Assembly: GCF_036365525.1 (NCBI RefSeq)
Contig: NC_090413.1
Span: 15,422,151-15,486,150, forward strand
DNA from: Heterodontus francisci
Lineage: Eukaryota
Length of the DNA: 64,000 nucleotides
Reading direction: 5' to 3'
In this document: positions 1 to 12,221 of the stretch, in pieces
How positions within the stretch are numbered: position 1 is the stretch's first letter
Layout: the number at the start of each line of letters is the position of its first letter
The notes under the pieces: generated by a model
Told to the model about the DNA's origin: nothing
Databases searched by the model: none
What the model saw: the letters and a program-made list of their open reading frames with translations, nothing else
Made by a program: the position numbers and the translations under genes

Positions 1-70
1 TGGGGGCGGTCGTGGATTGGTTGTAAGACTCATCGATTGAGCTGGCCAACTTCCAGATAAGAATGTTTAC

Positions 71-617
71 AATGGGACAATCTGCATGTCTGTCCTGTAA
101 CAGAGGACTGAGATGAACCAGACTTCAAATAAACACAATTATGATGCTCTGGTGATGGAAACAGTGGCAAGGAAAGACATATTGTTTTTTTATCTTAAAT
201 GGAGTTAAACATCCTTTGTGTTCCCTACTGTTATCAGAGCTTCTTAATACGCTGAGCTCCTCACTCTATTTGCGACTGTAACCTTCAGGCCTGTCACACA
301 CACACACTGTGAATGCAGCAAACTTAACAGACCAAGAACCCTCCATGACACAGATGAGCTGAAGGAATGAGGTCCCACTTTCTCTAAATCTTGGATATTC
401 TCGTAAAGGCCGAGCATCGTAGCTGGGGTAAAGAAATAATTGGAAGACTCATTCCTCGGGTTGCCAAACTCTGGTTGGGTGTATTCGTGGAGGTTTCATC
501 ACAGGAACTGTCGCTGCCCACTGCCCCATGCCATTGGTTGCCCAACATGTCCATCATCGCGACGCTCCACTTTCCCGTGCCAATTGAGAAGCAGACACTG
601 CATGACCCAATTGGATG
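71..617. repeat. Left arm of long inverted duplication (reverse complement of 1339-1931)
   Basis: AATGGGACAATCTG...CATGACCCAATTGGATG is the near-identical reverse complement of 1339-1931. The right arm has ~37 extra nt near 1556-1594. Confidence 0.95.
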
Positions 618-1171
618 TATTTTGCGTACTTCGTACTTCGGGAATACATAATTACAAGTGTTAAGTAGTCTATAGTAGGGTAGAGCATTGTATTGCATGA
701 TATCTGGAGTAACTTAATAAAGTTTGAGATCTGACTCAGTCTGTTGAGTGTATTTCATTCTTCCTGTAATTCTCATGTCTGAACCAGAATAAGTAGACTA
801 AAACATTTTACACCATTATTTTCAGTGTTATCACACTTCTCTAAGGTCTCTCTAGGCCTAGGCTTTCATTACTTTAGATAGATGCCTTCCTTAGCCCTAA
901 GGTCTTTGTTTATTTCTGACAATGCTGTCTGGTTTCTTGCTGTTTTGTCACAGTTCAGCAAATTTGATCTTAAAAAGTTGCAAGAAGAAAAAAAAGTGAT
1001 GTTTTCAGCATTGACCACAGTTTGACACAGGGCATGAATGGTCAGGCTTCAGTGTAAGGTTAATTTTAGTGAAGCTAATGACTGTTTTACAGTGGAGAAT
1101 AGTAAGCTGAGTCCATCCCATTTGTATAATTGAACATCCTTCTCGAGGAGCACCAAACTGTGGATTCAGAA

Positions 1172-1498
1172 GGGTTGCCAACCCTCCAGGATTGTCCTGA
1201 AGTCTCCAACATTTGAAGATTAATCTCCAGTGCAATTAAAAATGTGAGGTGTTTTGAAAAAAATTCTTTGTACACTTCAGCTTATTAGTTAGAAACAAAA
1301 ACATTGGCAATGGAGGATCAAGTACTGAAGTTAAGAGCCATCCAATTGGGTCATGCAGTGTCTGCTTCTCAATTGGCACGGGAAAGTGGAGCATCGTGTT
1401 GACGGACATGTTGGGCAACCAATGGCGTGGGGCAGTGGGCGGCGACAGTTCCTGCGATGAAACCTCCACGAATACACCCAACCAGAGTTTGGCAACCC
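1172..1498. mobile_element. Unclassified MITE / non-autonomous DNA transposon
   Basis: Terminal inverted repeats GGGTTGCCAA (1172) and TTGGCAACCC (to 1498). No coding capacity; TSD not evident. Confidence 0.6.
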
Positions 1499-1931
1499 GA
1501 GGAATGAGTCTTCAAATTATTTCTTTACCCCAGCTAAGATGCTCGGCCTTTACGAGCGTCAGTGCATTGATTCATTTTAATTACTTCACTGTCAGAATAT
1601 CCCAAGATTTAGAGAAAGTGGGACCTCATTCCTTCAGCTTATCTGTGTCATGGAGGGTTGTTGGTCTGTTAAGTTTGCTGCATTCACAGTGTGTGTGTGT
1701 GTGTGTGACAGGCCTGAAGGTCTCAGTCGCAAATAGAGTGAGGAGCTCAGAGTATTAAGAAGCTCTGATAACAGTAGGGAACAGAAAGGATGTTTAACTC
1801 CATTTAAGATAAAAACCAATATGTCTTTCCTTGCCACTGTTTCCGTCACCAGAGCATAATAATTGTGTTTATTTGAAAGTCTGGTTTATCTCAGTGCTCT
1901 GTTACAGGACAGACACACAGATTGTCCCATT
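1339..1931. repeat. Right arm of long inverted duplication
   Basis: CATCCAATTGGGTCATG...ATTGTCCCATT pairs with 71-617. Confidence 0.95.
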
Positions 1932-2374
1932 TCATGATTTCTGACATCGCTGTTATCAGCCTTGTCAACACAGAGACCTTGGTGATGCAAGTGTTTATAT
2001 GAATTATTCAACCTCACTGCAATAAAACAAAATTTCACATCTGTGAATTATTAGCACCTTTCTAGCTTCACAGATCCATGTGCTGCTCAACACAATTTGT
2101 TTCAATAAATATATAAAATTCAGAAATCAGTTTCTGGAACCGCAGTAAGAAATAGCCCGAGGGACGCTTGTTTTTTGGGGGGTTTCCACTCTTCTCCTTG
2201 CTGTCCTTACCCTTACTCGGCTACTGTTTCACCGGCACCGGCTGCCCGGCTGTGCCACAACCAAGTGCCTGGTCATTTCCGTGAGCCTGAGCGAGTGAGT
2301 GCTGGCAGGCTGCTCGACCATCGGTGGCACCTCTAGCATGATCGACCTCGTCCTTACCAGCCTGTCCTCTGCAC

Positions 2375-3012
2375 TCACACACACAGACCGAACAAACTGA
2401 CACATAAACACATCAAACAGCCAAACACAAACCAGACAGACACACACAGGCACACACAAAAACAGACACACAAACACCAAAGAGACACGCACATCAAACA
2501 GACAGACAGACATCAAACAGACAGACACACACCAAACAGACAGACATCAAACAGACAGACAGATATCAAACAGACAGACACACACACAAACAGACAGACA
2601 AACACCAAAGAGACACACACACACCAAACAGACAGACAGGCACATACACAGACAAACACACCAAACAGAGAAACACATACCCAGACAGATATCAGACAGA
2701 CATGCACCAAACAGACAGACAGACACACAAATAAACACACACCAAACAGACAGACAGACACACACAGCAGACACAGACAAACAGGCACACACCAAATACA
2801 CAGACAGACATACACAACAGACACACTCACGCAAACAGACACACACACACCAAACAGACAGACACACACACACACACACACAACAGACAGACACACACAA
2901 CAGATACACACACACACAACAGACAGGCACACACCAAACAGACAGATGCATGCACATGCACAAAAATAAAATCTAAGACAGACATACATAGCAAAGAAGC
3001 ACACAGACATGT
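2375..3012. repeat. Compound (CA)/(CAGA)/(CAAA) microsatellite, left part
   Basis: Visible ACAC/ACAG/CCAAAC tracts. They explain the Cys/Val-rich minus-strand ORFs. Confidence 0.95.
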
Positions 3013-4674
3013 GGAAGTGGTGACGTAATGGTAAATAGTAAAGCAGGGCCCCAGACTAATACTCATGGGTTTAAATCCCACCATGGCAGATAATAAAATC
3101 TAAATTCAATTAATAAATCTGGAATTAAAAGCTATTCTGGTAATGACTGTGAAAACATTGTTGTTTAAAAAAAAAACATCTGGTTCACTAATGCCCTTTA
3201 GGGAAGGCCTTACCTGGTCTGGCCTACATATGACTCCAGATCCACAGCAATGTGGTTGACTCTTAAATGTCCTCTGAAATGGCCTAATAAGCCACTCAGT
3301 TTATATCAAAGAAAAGGAATAAAACCAGATAGACCATGTGGCATTGACCTAGGCACTGGAAATGACAACAGCAAACCCAGCCCTGTTGACCCTACAAAGT
3401 CCTCCTTACTTACATCTGGGGACTTCTGCCAAAATTAGGAGAGCTGTCCCACAGACTAGTCAAGCAGCAGACTGACATAGTCATATTTACAGAAACACAT
3501 GTTACAGACAATATCCCAGACACCACCACCACCATCCTTGGGTATGTCCTGTCCTACTGGCAGGACAGACCCACCAGAGATGGTGGCACAGTGGTATACA
3601 ATCAGGAAGGAGTTATCCTGGGACTCCTCAACATTGACTTCAGACCCCATGAAGTCTCATGGCATCAGGCCAAACATGGACTAGGAAACCTCCTGCTGAT
3701 TACCACCTACCATGCCCCCCCCCCCCCCCCACTCAGCTGATGAATCTGTTCTCCTCCATGCTAGGAAGCACATGGGCTCAAAATGTACTCTGGATGGGAG
3801 ACTTCAATGCCCATCACTAAGAGTGGCTCAGTAGCACCCCTACCGGCTGACCCCTAAAGGACAGAGCTGCATGACTGGGCCTGCAGCAGGTGATGAGGAG
3901 AAAAACCCACTTGACCTCATCCTGAGCAATCTACCTGTCACAGGTGCATCTGTCCATGACAGTATGGTAGGAGTGACCACTGCACAGTCCTCGCAGAGCC
4001 GAAGTCCCATCGTGACATTGAGGATACCCATTATCATGATGTGTGGCACTACCACTGTGCTAAATGGGATCAATTTCAAACAGATCTAGCAACTCAAAAC
4101 TGGGCATCCGTGAGGTGCTGTGGGCCATCAGCAGCAGAATTGTGCTCAACCACAATCTGTAACCTCATGGCCCGGCATATCCCCCACTCTACCATTACCA
4201 TCAAGCTGGGGACCAACCCTGGTTCAGTCAGGAGGGCATACCTAAAAATTAGGTAAAAATAAAAGCCCGATGAGGCTACAACACAGGACTACTAGCATGC
4301 CAGACAGCAGAGGCAGCATGCAATAGAGAGGGCTAAGCAATCCCACAACCAACAGATCAGATCTAAGCTCTGAAGTCCTGCCACATCCAGTCGTGAATGG
4401 CGGTGGACAATTAAACAAATGACAGGAGAAGGAGGGTCCACAAATATCCCCATCTTCAATGATGGGGGAACTTAACACATCAGAGCAAAGGACAACTTTG
4501 AAGCATTTACATCCATCTTCAGTCAGAAGTGCCAAATGGATGATCCATCTCGGCCTCCTCCTGAGGTTCTCAGCATCACAGATAACAGTCTTCAGGCAAT
4601 CTGATTCACTCCATGTGATATCAAGAAACAGCTGAAGGCTACAGGCCCTGACAACATTCTGGCAATAATACTGA

Positions 4675-5992
4675 TAATGGATAATGGGGATCCTGTAGAT
4701 GTAGTTTATCTGGACTTCCAGAAGACATTTGATAAGGTGCCACACAAAAGGTTAATACACAAGGTAAGATCACATGGGGTTAGATTAGAGATACAGCACT
4801 GAAACAGGCCCTTCGGCCCACCGAGTCTGTGCCGAACATCAACCACCCATTTATTAGGTTAGGGGCAATTTATTCTCTTGGATAGAGGATTGGCTAACCA
4901 ACAGAAAACAGAGAGTCGGGATAGATGGGTCTTTTTCTGGTTGGCAAGATGTAACTAGTGGTGTGCCACAGGGTTCGGTCCTCGGGCCCCAACTATTTAC
5001 AATCTATATAAATGACTTGGATGCAGGGATAGAAGGTACTATAGCCAAATTTGCAGATGACCCTAAAATAGGTGGGATAGTAAGTTCCAATAAAGAAATA
5101 AGAAATTTACAAATGGATATGAATAGATTAGATAAATGGGCCAAAATTTGGCAGATGGATTTTAACGTGGATAAGTGTGAGGTTATCCATTTTGGTCAGA
5201 AGACTAGAAAGGCAAATTATTATCCAAATGGAGAGAAACTTCAGAGTGCTTCGGTGCAGAGGGATCTGGGTGTCCTCGTGCATGAATCGCAGAAAACTAG
5301 TTTGCAGATACAGCAGGTGATAAGGAAGGCAAATGGAATTTTGACATTTATTGCTAAAGGAATAGAGTATAAAAGTAGGGAAGTGTTGCTGCAACTGTAC
5401 AAGGCATTAGTGAGACTGCACCTGGAGTATTGCGGACAGTTTTGGCCCCCTTACTTGAGAAAGGATGTAGTTGCATTGGAGGCAGTTCAGAGGAGGTTCA
5501 CTAGATTGATTCCAGAGATGAGGGGCTTGTCTTATGATGAGAGATTGAGCAGTTTAGGCCTTTACTCTCTGGAGTTTAGAAGAATGAGAGGAGATCTAAT
5601 TGAGGTATACAAGATGATTAAGGGGATTGACAAAGTAGACATTGAGAGGATATTTCCTCTTGGTGGGGCAATCTAGAATGAGAGGTCATAGTTTTAGGAT
5701 AAGGGGTAGCATATTTAAAACAGAGATCAGGAGAAATTACTTCTCTCAAAGGGTCATGAATCTGTGGAATTCACTACCCCAGAGTGCGGTGAATGTCAGG
5801 ACATTGGGTAAATTTAAGGAGGAGATAGACAGATTTTTAATTAGAAATGGGTTGAAGGGTTATGGAGAATGGGCAGGAAAGTGGAGTTGAGGCCGAGATG
5901 AGATCAGCCATGATCGTATTGAATGGCGGAGCAGGGTTGAGGGGCTGAATTGCCTACTCCTGCTCCTAGTTCTTATATTCTTATGTTCTTAT
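4675..5992 (+). mobile_element. 5'-truncated CR1-clade LINE nested in the 3013-7472 element
   Basis: ORF 4963-5676 has GSVLGPQLF, KFADD, DLGV, LEYC. Tail (TTCTTATG)n. Flanked by ATACTGA/GTACTGA. Confidence 0.92.
4784..4856 (-). mobile_element. HE1-type SINE 3' fragment nested in CR1
   Basis: Reverse complement of the HE1 tail (GGGTGGTTGATG...GGGCCTGTTTCAGTGCTGTATCTCTAA), flanked by GGTTAG on both sides. Confidence 0.85.
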
Positions 5993-7511
5993 GTACTGAA
6001 GACTTGTGCTGCAGAACTAGCCACGCCCCTAGCCAAGCTGGTACAGTACAGCTAAAACATCGGCATCTACCCTGCAATGTGGAAAAATTGCCCAGGTAAG
6101 TCTTGTCCACAAAAAGCAGGACAAGTCCAAACCGGCCAATTACCGCTGATCAGTCGACTCTCAATCATCAGTAAAGTGACGGAAGGGGTTGTCGACAGTG
6201 CTATAAAGTGGCATTTGCTCAACCTGCTCACTGACGCTCAGGGCCAGGGCCAGTCAGCTCCTGACCTCATTACAGCCGTGGTCCAAACATGGACAAAAGA
6301 ACTGAACTCCAGAGGTGAGATGAGAGTGACTGCCCTTGACATCAAGGCAGTATTTGATCAAATATGGCATCAAGGAGCCCTAACAAAAATGAAGTCAATG
6401 GGAACCAGGGGGAAAACTCTCCGCTGGTTGGTGTCATACCTAGCACAAAGAAAGATGATTATGGTTGTTGGAGGTCAGTCATCTCAGTCCCAGGACCTTA
6501 CTGCAGGTGTTCCTCAGGGTAATGTCCAAGGCCCAACCACCTTCAGCAGCTTCATCAATGACCTTCTCTCCATCATAAGGTCAGAAGTGGTATTGTTTGC
6601 TGATGATTGCACAATGTTCAGCATCATTTGCGACTCCTCCGATACAGAAGCAGCCCGTGTCCATATGCAACAAGACCTGGACAACATCCAGGTTTGGGCT
6701 GGTAAATGGCAAGTAACATTCGCGCCACAAAAGTGCCAGACAATGACCATCTCAAACAGGAGAGAATCTAACCATCTCCCCTTGACATTCAACAGCATTA
6801 CCATCGCTGAATCCTCCACTATCAACATCCTAGGGGATACCATTCACCAGAAACTGAACTGGACCAGACACAAAATGATATGGCTGCAAGAGCAGATCAG
6901 AGGCTGAAAATTCTGCAGCGAGTAACTCACCTCCTGTCTCCAAGTCAGGAGTGTGAAGTAATACTCTCCACTTGCCTGGATGGGTGCAGCACCAACAACA
7001 CTCAAGAAGCTCGACATCATCCAGGACAAAGCAGCCCGCTTGATTGGCACCCCATCCACCATCTTCAACATTCACTCCCTTCACCACTGACACACAGTGG
7101 CAGCAATGTGTACCATCTACAAGATGCACTGCAGCAACTCACTACGGCTCCTTCGACAGCACCTTCCAAACCTGTGACCTCAACCACCTAGAAGGACAAG
7201 GGCAGCAGATGCATGAGAACATCACCACCTGCAAGTTCCCTTCCAAGTCACACATCATCCTGACTTGGAACTATATCACCGTTCCTTCATTGTCGCTGGG
7301 TCAAAATCCTGGAACTCCCTTCCTAACAGCACTGTGGGTGTACCTACCTCACAAGGATTGCAGGGGTTTAAAGAAGGCAGCTCACCATCGCCTTCTCAAG
7401 GACAATTAGGGATGGGCAATAAATGCTGGCCTTGTCAGCGATGCCCACATCCCATTAATGTATAAAAAAGAAACACAAATATGTACATCACAGACACACA
7501 CACAATCACAC

Positions 7512-8036
7512 ACTATAGGAATGATGTGATTGCACTGGAGAGGGTGCAGAGGAGATTCACCAGAATGTTGCCTGGGCTGGAGCATTTCAGCTATGAAGAG
7601 AGACTGAATAAGCTAGGGTTGTTTTCCTTAGAGCAGAGAAGGCTGAGGGCATACCTGATTAAGGTATACAAAATTATGAGGGGCATTGATAGGGTAGATA
7701 GGAAAAAACTTTTCCCCTTAGCAGAGGTGTCAATAACCAGGGGGCATATATTTAAGGAAAGGGGCAGGAGGTTTAGAGGGGATTTGAGGAAAAAATCTTT
7801 CACCGAGAAGGTGGTTGGAATCTGGAACGCACTGCCTGAAGGGGTGGTAGAGGCAGGAGCCCTCACAACATTTAAGAAGTATTTAGATGAGCAGTTGAAA
7901 TGCCATAGCATCCAAGGCTATGGGCCAAGTGCTGGAAAATCATATTAGAATAGATAGGCTTGATGGCTGGTGCGGACACGGTGGGCCGAAGGGCCTGTTT
8001 CTGTGCTGTACAATGTTATGACTGTCTGACTCTATG
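7512..8036 (+). mobile_element. HER1/CR1 LINE 3' fragment
   Basis: [16 protein letters not shown]...WNALP. Tail GGGCCGAAGGGCCTGTTTCTGTGCTGTA is shared with the HE1 SINE. Confidence 0.9.
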
Positions 8037-8044
8037 ACAGAGAG

Positions 8045-8320
8045 ATTCACACACCAGACAGACAGACAAACATCACAAACACACACGCACACACACCAGA
8101 CAGTCACACACACAACACACACGGCTACACCACAGATGGACACACAAACACTACAGTCAGACACATAGACACATACAGCACAGACACACATATATGCATA
8201 CTGACACACACGCACCATACACACACACACATCACATACATAAACACACCCACACACTCACACAGCCACCCATATACACATGAACACATACACACGTATA
8301 CACACACCCAAGTACACACT
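8045..8320. repeat. (CA)-rich microsatellite, right part
   Basis: CA tracts, probably continuous with 2375-3012 before the LINE insertions. Confidence 0.9.
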
Positions 8321-8549
8321 TACCAGCGTGAGGGCACTGGTCAGTGAGGACCCTACAAGAGTTTGTCTTGTCTGATGAGCCCACAGAATATATTACAATT
8401 GAGAACTACCTTTTGACAGAAAGCAAGTCACAGGCTTGAGACTGCACCATCTTGCGCTATGTGCTCCCAGTGCATACCGAGGGTTGGCATGGCAACATTT
8501 TTGGTCAAATTTCTAACTTCTCAAAGGCCCGATGAGTTTCAAGTGTTCA

Positions 8550-8920
8550 TATAATCATAGAATCTTACAGCACGGAAGGAGGCCATTCGGTCAATGTGTC
8601 CATGCTGGCTCTTTGGTAGAGCTATCCAGTGAATCCGGCACGCCTGCTCCTTCCCTATCGCCCTGCAATGCTTTTCCTTTCCAAGTATTTATCCAATTCC
8701 CTTTTGAAAGTCACTATTGAATCTGCTTCCATCACTCTTTCAAGTAACACTTTCCAGATCGTAACAAGTCACTCTTTAAAAGAACAAAACTTTCCTCATG
8801 TCTCCTCTGGCTCTTTTGCCAATCACCTCAAATCTGTCTCCTTTGGTAACGCCTCTTCTGCCACTGGAAACAGAGTAAATAAGGTGAATCTATTATCACC
8901 CTTCATGATTTTGAAAACTC
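8550..8920 (-). mobile_element. Degenerate CR1 3' fragment
   Basis: Reverse CR1 3' motifs (TATTTATCCAATTCCCTTTTGAAAGT, GGAGGCCATTCGG). Confidence 0.75.
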
Positions 8921-8960
8921 TTTATTGCAGCATTATACCTGAGATCTCAGTAGTGGTGGG

Positions 8961-11018
8961 TGTTGTGGGACGGCCTTAAGAGGACCACTTTAAGAAACTG
9001 TAAGTGAAGGTCACCAGAGGAAGTGATGTCATGTGACACATGCTCCAGGAGTTGTGGGTGCAGCCCGACAGAGCGAGATGTGTTTAGATGTGGCTCATGC
9101 AGTAACTACTTGTATCTATCTGTTCTAGTTAAGTTATAATAAACCCATGTTTTCTTTGGATATTACTTATAGTCCTGTGAGTCTTGCAATAGTTCACATA
9201 TCAAAGTAACAAGTAATATTATACGGTGGCAGCGGTGGGATGTATTTTTCTGAAGACCACCAAATATTATATTGTGGCAACGTGCAATTTTTTTCTGAAG
9301 AACACACCAAGAGAGAACAAAGAACAGCAGGTTAATTATCTGGAGTGGCTGAAGATCCTGAAGAGTAGCTGGCAGGAGACCCCACACAGTGCAGTGAGCT
9401 AGGACCACAGACAGGACCCTGGAAGGTGTTGAAACTCTATGAGTGCAGTCGACAATTTGCCAGGGGACCGGAGCCTTCAACTGGTGCGGCAGTGGGTCAA
9501 CAAACTTGAAAAGCCGTAGCTGAAGCCATTCTGTTTTAGTTTTCCTGGGGGGGTTCTTTGCCTCATGGGCGGGCCTAAGAGAGGGAAGAACTCAACAACG
9601 CCACTGGAAGTCCACAGCACAGTGAGAAAGCCTGGTTGTGGCAGCTGCTGGCACTGCAAGGTGCAGCTGCCTGCAGAGAGAAAAACTACTTAGTTCAAAA
9701 AAAAGCTCACATTTTTAAAAAAGGACAAGCTCTTAAAGGGGCAGGCCTGCGGAAAACAAATCTGTCTAAACAAGAAAAAAAAGAAGGATGCCTGTAAACC
9801 TGTAAAAAGTCCTATATTTATATCGATATAAAAAAAGCAGGATCATTAAGACAATGGCTTTCAGATATCCGGTAATGGATTGGAAGGCATCAGATATATG
9901 AATTTAAACTGTTTCAACAGCAAATGGAACTGTGTTTTTGGATTAAGAAATGAGCAAACCTGAGAAACAAGCTATCAAAATCAAGATTGCACTGGGCAAC
10001 GAAGGCCTGCAATGGATCAACACATCAGGATTCTCAGCTGAGGATCAGAAGGACCTTAGTAAGCTATGGACATTCCTGGAGGAGCAACTAAAGGTGAAGG
10101 GAAATTTCTGAGTGCAGAGGCTTGAGCTTATGACCTAACGGCAAAGGCAAGATGACTGCATTGACCAGTTTGCTGCAAGGTGCCAAGAATGCGACTGCGC
10201 AGATATCGAATTATTGGAATGGGTTATTGAGCCAGTAATCGCATCTGCCCCGATAGCCACCTTTCAAAAAGAGCTGCTGGAAAAGAAGAAAGGGCACACC
10301 ATAGGTGCACTACTTAATGATAGAAGGAAATTTGAAGCCATCAGCTACAAGCGTTGGGGGCGGCTACGACAATTGGGATGGTATCCAAGTCTCCGAAGTC
10401 AGCTAAGCCTTGTGGCGAATGTGGCCTGACTCACCCAATTTGCAGTTGTCTGGCATACCAGCACCAGTGCAAAGCTTGTGGTATGTGAGGACATTGGGCA
10501 AGGCAGTGCAGAAGGCCGAGCTCAGATACTGCACACAGGAATGGTGGCAGATCACATGCAGAGAGAACGTTTGCAAGACAGGATGGCAAACGCAGCAAAA
10601 GGTATGCCAACACACAACAAAAGCCCGAACAGGTCAGTAGAGAGACAGATTATCAAGAGGACATGGGTGAAGAGTACACGTGTGTGAACAGGGAGCAGAC
10701 ATTTCACATAGTTAATTTGTATCAATGCAATGCTATTACACAATCTGAGGAGATGTTGTGGGCCGACCTTAAGAGGACCACCTTAAGAAAATGTAAGTGA
10801 AGGTCACTGGAGGAAGTGATGTCACGCCACACATGACCAGGGATTTGTGGGGGTAGCTGGACAGAGTGAGATGTGTTTAGATGTGGCTCGTGCAGTAACT
10901 GTTTGTATATATATCTTCTAGTTAATTTATAATAAAAACCCATGTTTTCTTTGGATATTACTTGTAGTCCTATGTGTCTTACAATACTTCACATATCAAA
11001 GGAACAAGAAATATTACA
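8961..11018 (+). mobile_element. Internally deleted Gypsy-like LTR retrotransposon (decayed gag only)
   Basis: Direct repeats 8961-9223 and 10754-11018 (TGTTGTGGG...ATATTACA, internal AATAAA). PBS at 9224. Gag-like remnants ~9850-10520 with zinc knuckle CKACGM*GHWARQC. Short purine tract GAGGAGA before the 3' LTR. Flanks GTGGG/GTGTG. Confidence 0.88.
9224..9241 (+). promoter_or_regulatory. Primer binding site complementary to the tRNA-Leu 3' end
   Basis: CGGTGGCAGCGGTGGGAT lies immediately after the 5' LTR and matches the complement of ...AUCCCACCGCUGCCACCA except at the first base. Confidence 0.85.
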
Positions 11019-11335
11019 GTGTGTGGGCACTGCCATTCTCTGCCATTAGAAATTAGTATTTAACACATGTCATCACGATGTTGATGGTACCTTATTGCTG
11101 CACTGAAGAGCATCCCACTTTATCCCATTTTGATTTCCCACTTCCTTCTGTTGTACCTCAGCAACTAAGAGGGCAGAGTAGACAGACTGGACCTGAACCA
11201 CTGATGCCTTTAGCTGAATGATGAGAGCCACTCAGCAGCAGCTTGGTGGGGACATCTTATCTGCTCTTTCTGTACCTCTCTATGCCGTGAAACTGGGAAT
11301 TCAGGAGAGAGCTGGGGTGTGACTCAGTGTTTGTA

Positions 11336-11673
11336 GCACAGTGGCGCAGTGGTTAGCACCGCAGCCTCACAGCTCCAGCGACCCGGGTTCAATTCTGGGT
11401 ACTGCCTGTGTGGAGTTTGCAAGTTCTCCCTGTGTCTGCGTGGGTTTTCTCTGGGTGCTCCGGTTTCCTCCCACAAGCCGAAAGACTTGCAGGTTGGTAG
11501 GCAAATTGGCCATTATAAATTGCCCCTAGTATAGGTAGTTGGTAGGGAAATATAGGGATAGGTGGGGATGTGGTAGGAATATGGGATTAGTGTAGGATTA
11601 GTATAAAATGGGTGGTTGATGGTCGGCACAGACTCGGTGGGCCGGAGGGCCTGTTTCAGTGCTGTATCTCTAA
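11336..11673 (+). mobile_element. HE1-type tRNA-derived V-SINE
   Basis: A box TGGCGCAGTGG, B box GGTTCAATTC, V-domain TGTGTGGAGTTTGCAAGTTCTCCC...GGTTTCCTCCCAC, HER1-like tail. Confidence 0.92.
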
Positions 11674-12221
11674 CATTAGTCTGTGTCAATGGACAGTGAT
11701 GCCTAAATGGCCACCACAAAACAATTACTTTTTAAAATGTGAGGCAAGTTTAAAATGGACTAATTTATTTTGGCTTAAGCTCATTAACACAAACATATTC
11801 GTGTGTATATAAGGTTTAGTAGAACGTGTGTGCCAAATTAGTTTAAAGCGTAGCTTGGAATATTTCCACAAAACATGATGCATAGCTGACCAAGTGTTTT
11901 ATTTCAAATGGGACAATTTTGCATAGCGACCGTAAACTCTATCACTATAAATTTCACTCTCTATTTGAAGAGGTGGAGGGATTAAAGCTACATAATTTTT
12001 ACTTGTTTCTAACAACCTTTCCTGATGATGGATCTGGCGATCTCAGTTTCATCCTCCATTCTTTCCTGCTTCCTTCCATGATGCCCACCTTCTGACTCCA
12101 CACCAACAGAAGTTTAGCTGAAGTGTTGGAAATGAGAATGCCACATAAGTGTCAAATGGGATGTTGTTCTGAAGTTGGGGATTGGTGCAGATTTCCAGGG
12201 CAGAGCAGAGCACAGGGAGTT

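Larger units (their letters stand above)
3013..7472 (+). mobile_element. Decayed ORF1-less CR1/Jockey-group LINE (APE + RT) with tRNA-derived SINE head
   Basis: 3013-3300 matches the SINE at 20285-20605. APE motifs follow from ~3400 (KVLLTYIWGL..., DIVIFTETH, GDFNAHH, LDLILSN, SDH). RT in ORF 6077-6907 (ALDIKAVFDQIWH, GVPQG, LFADD). 3' tail ends in poly-A. TSD ACACAGACATGT (3001-3012) / ACACAAATATGT (7473-7484). Confidence 0.9.

Noticed and set aside
384-1758. Pairs of similar ORFs on opposite strands suggesting a duplicated gene
   Set aside because: By-product of the inverted duplication; no recognisable domain.
2229-3084. Cys/Val-rich ORFs up to 165 aa (also 7940-8319)
   Set aside because: Translations of (TG)n microsatellite.
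8368-8395. CTGATGAG hammerhead-like core
   Set aside because: No GAAA at a suitable position and no stems.
11341-11410. tRNA gene-like A/B boxes (also at other SINE heads)
   Set aside because: SINE heads continuing into SINE body; not complete tRNA genes.
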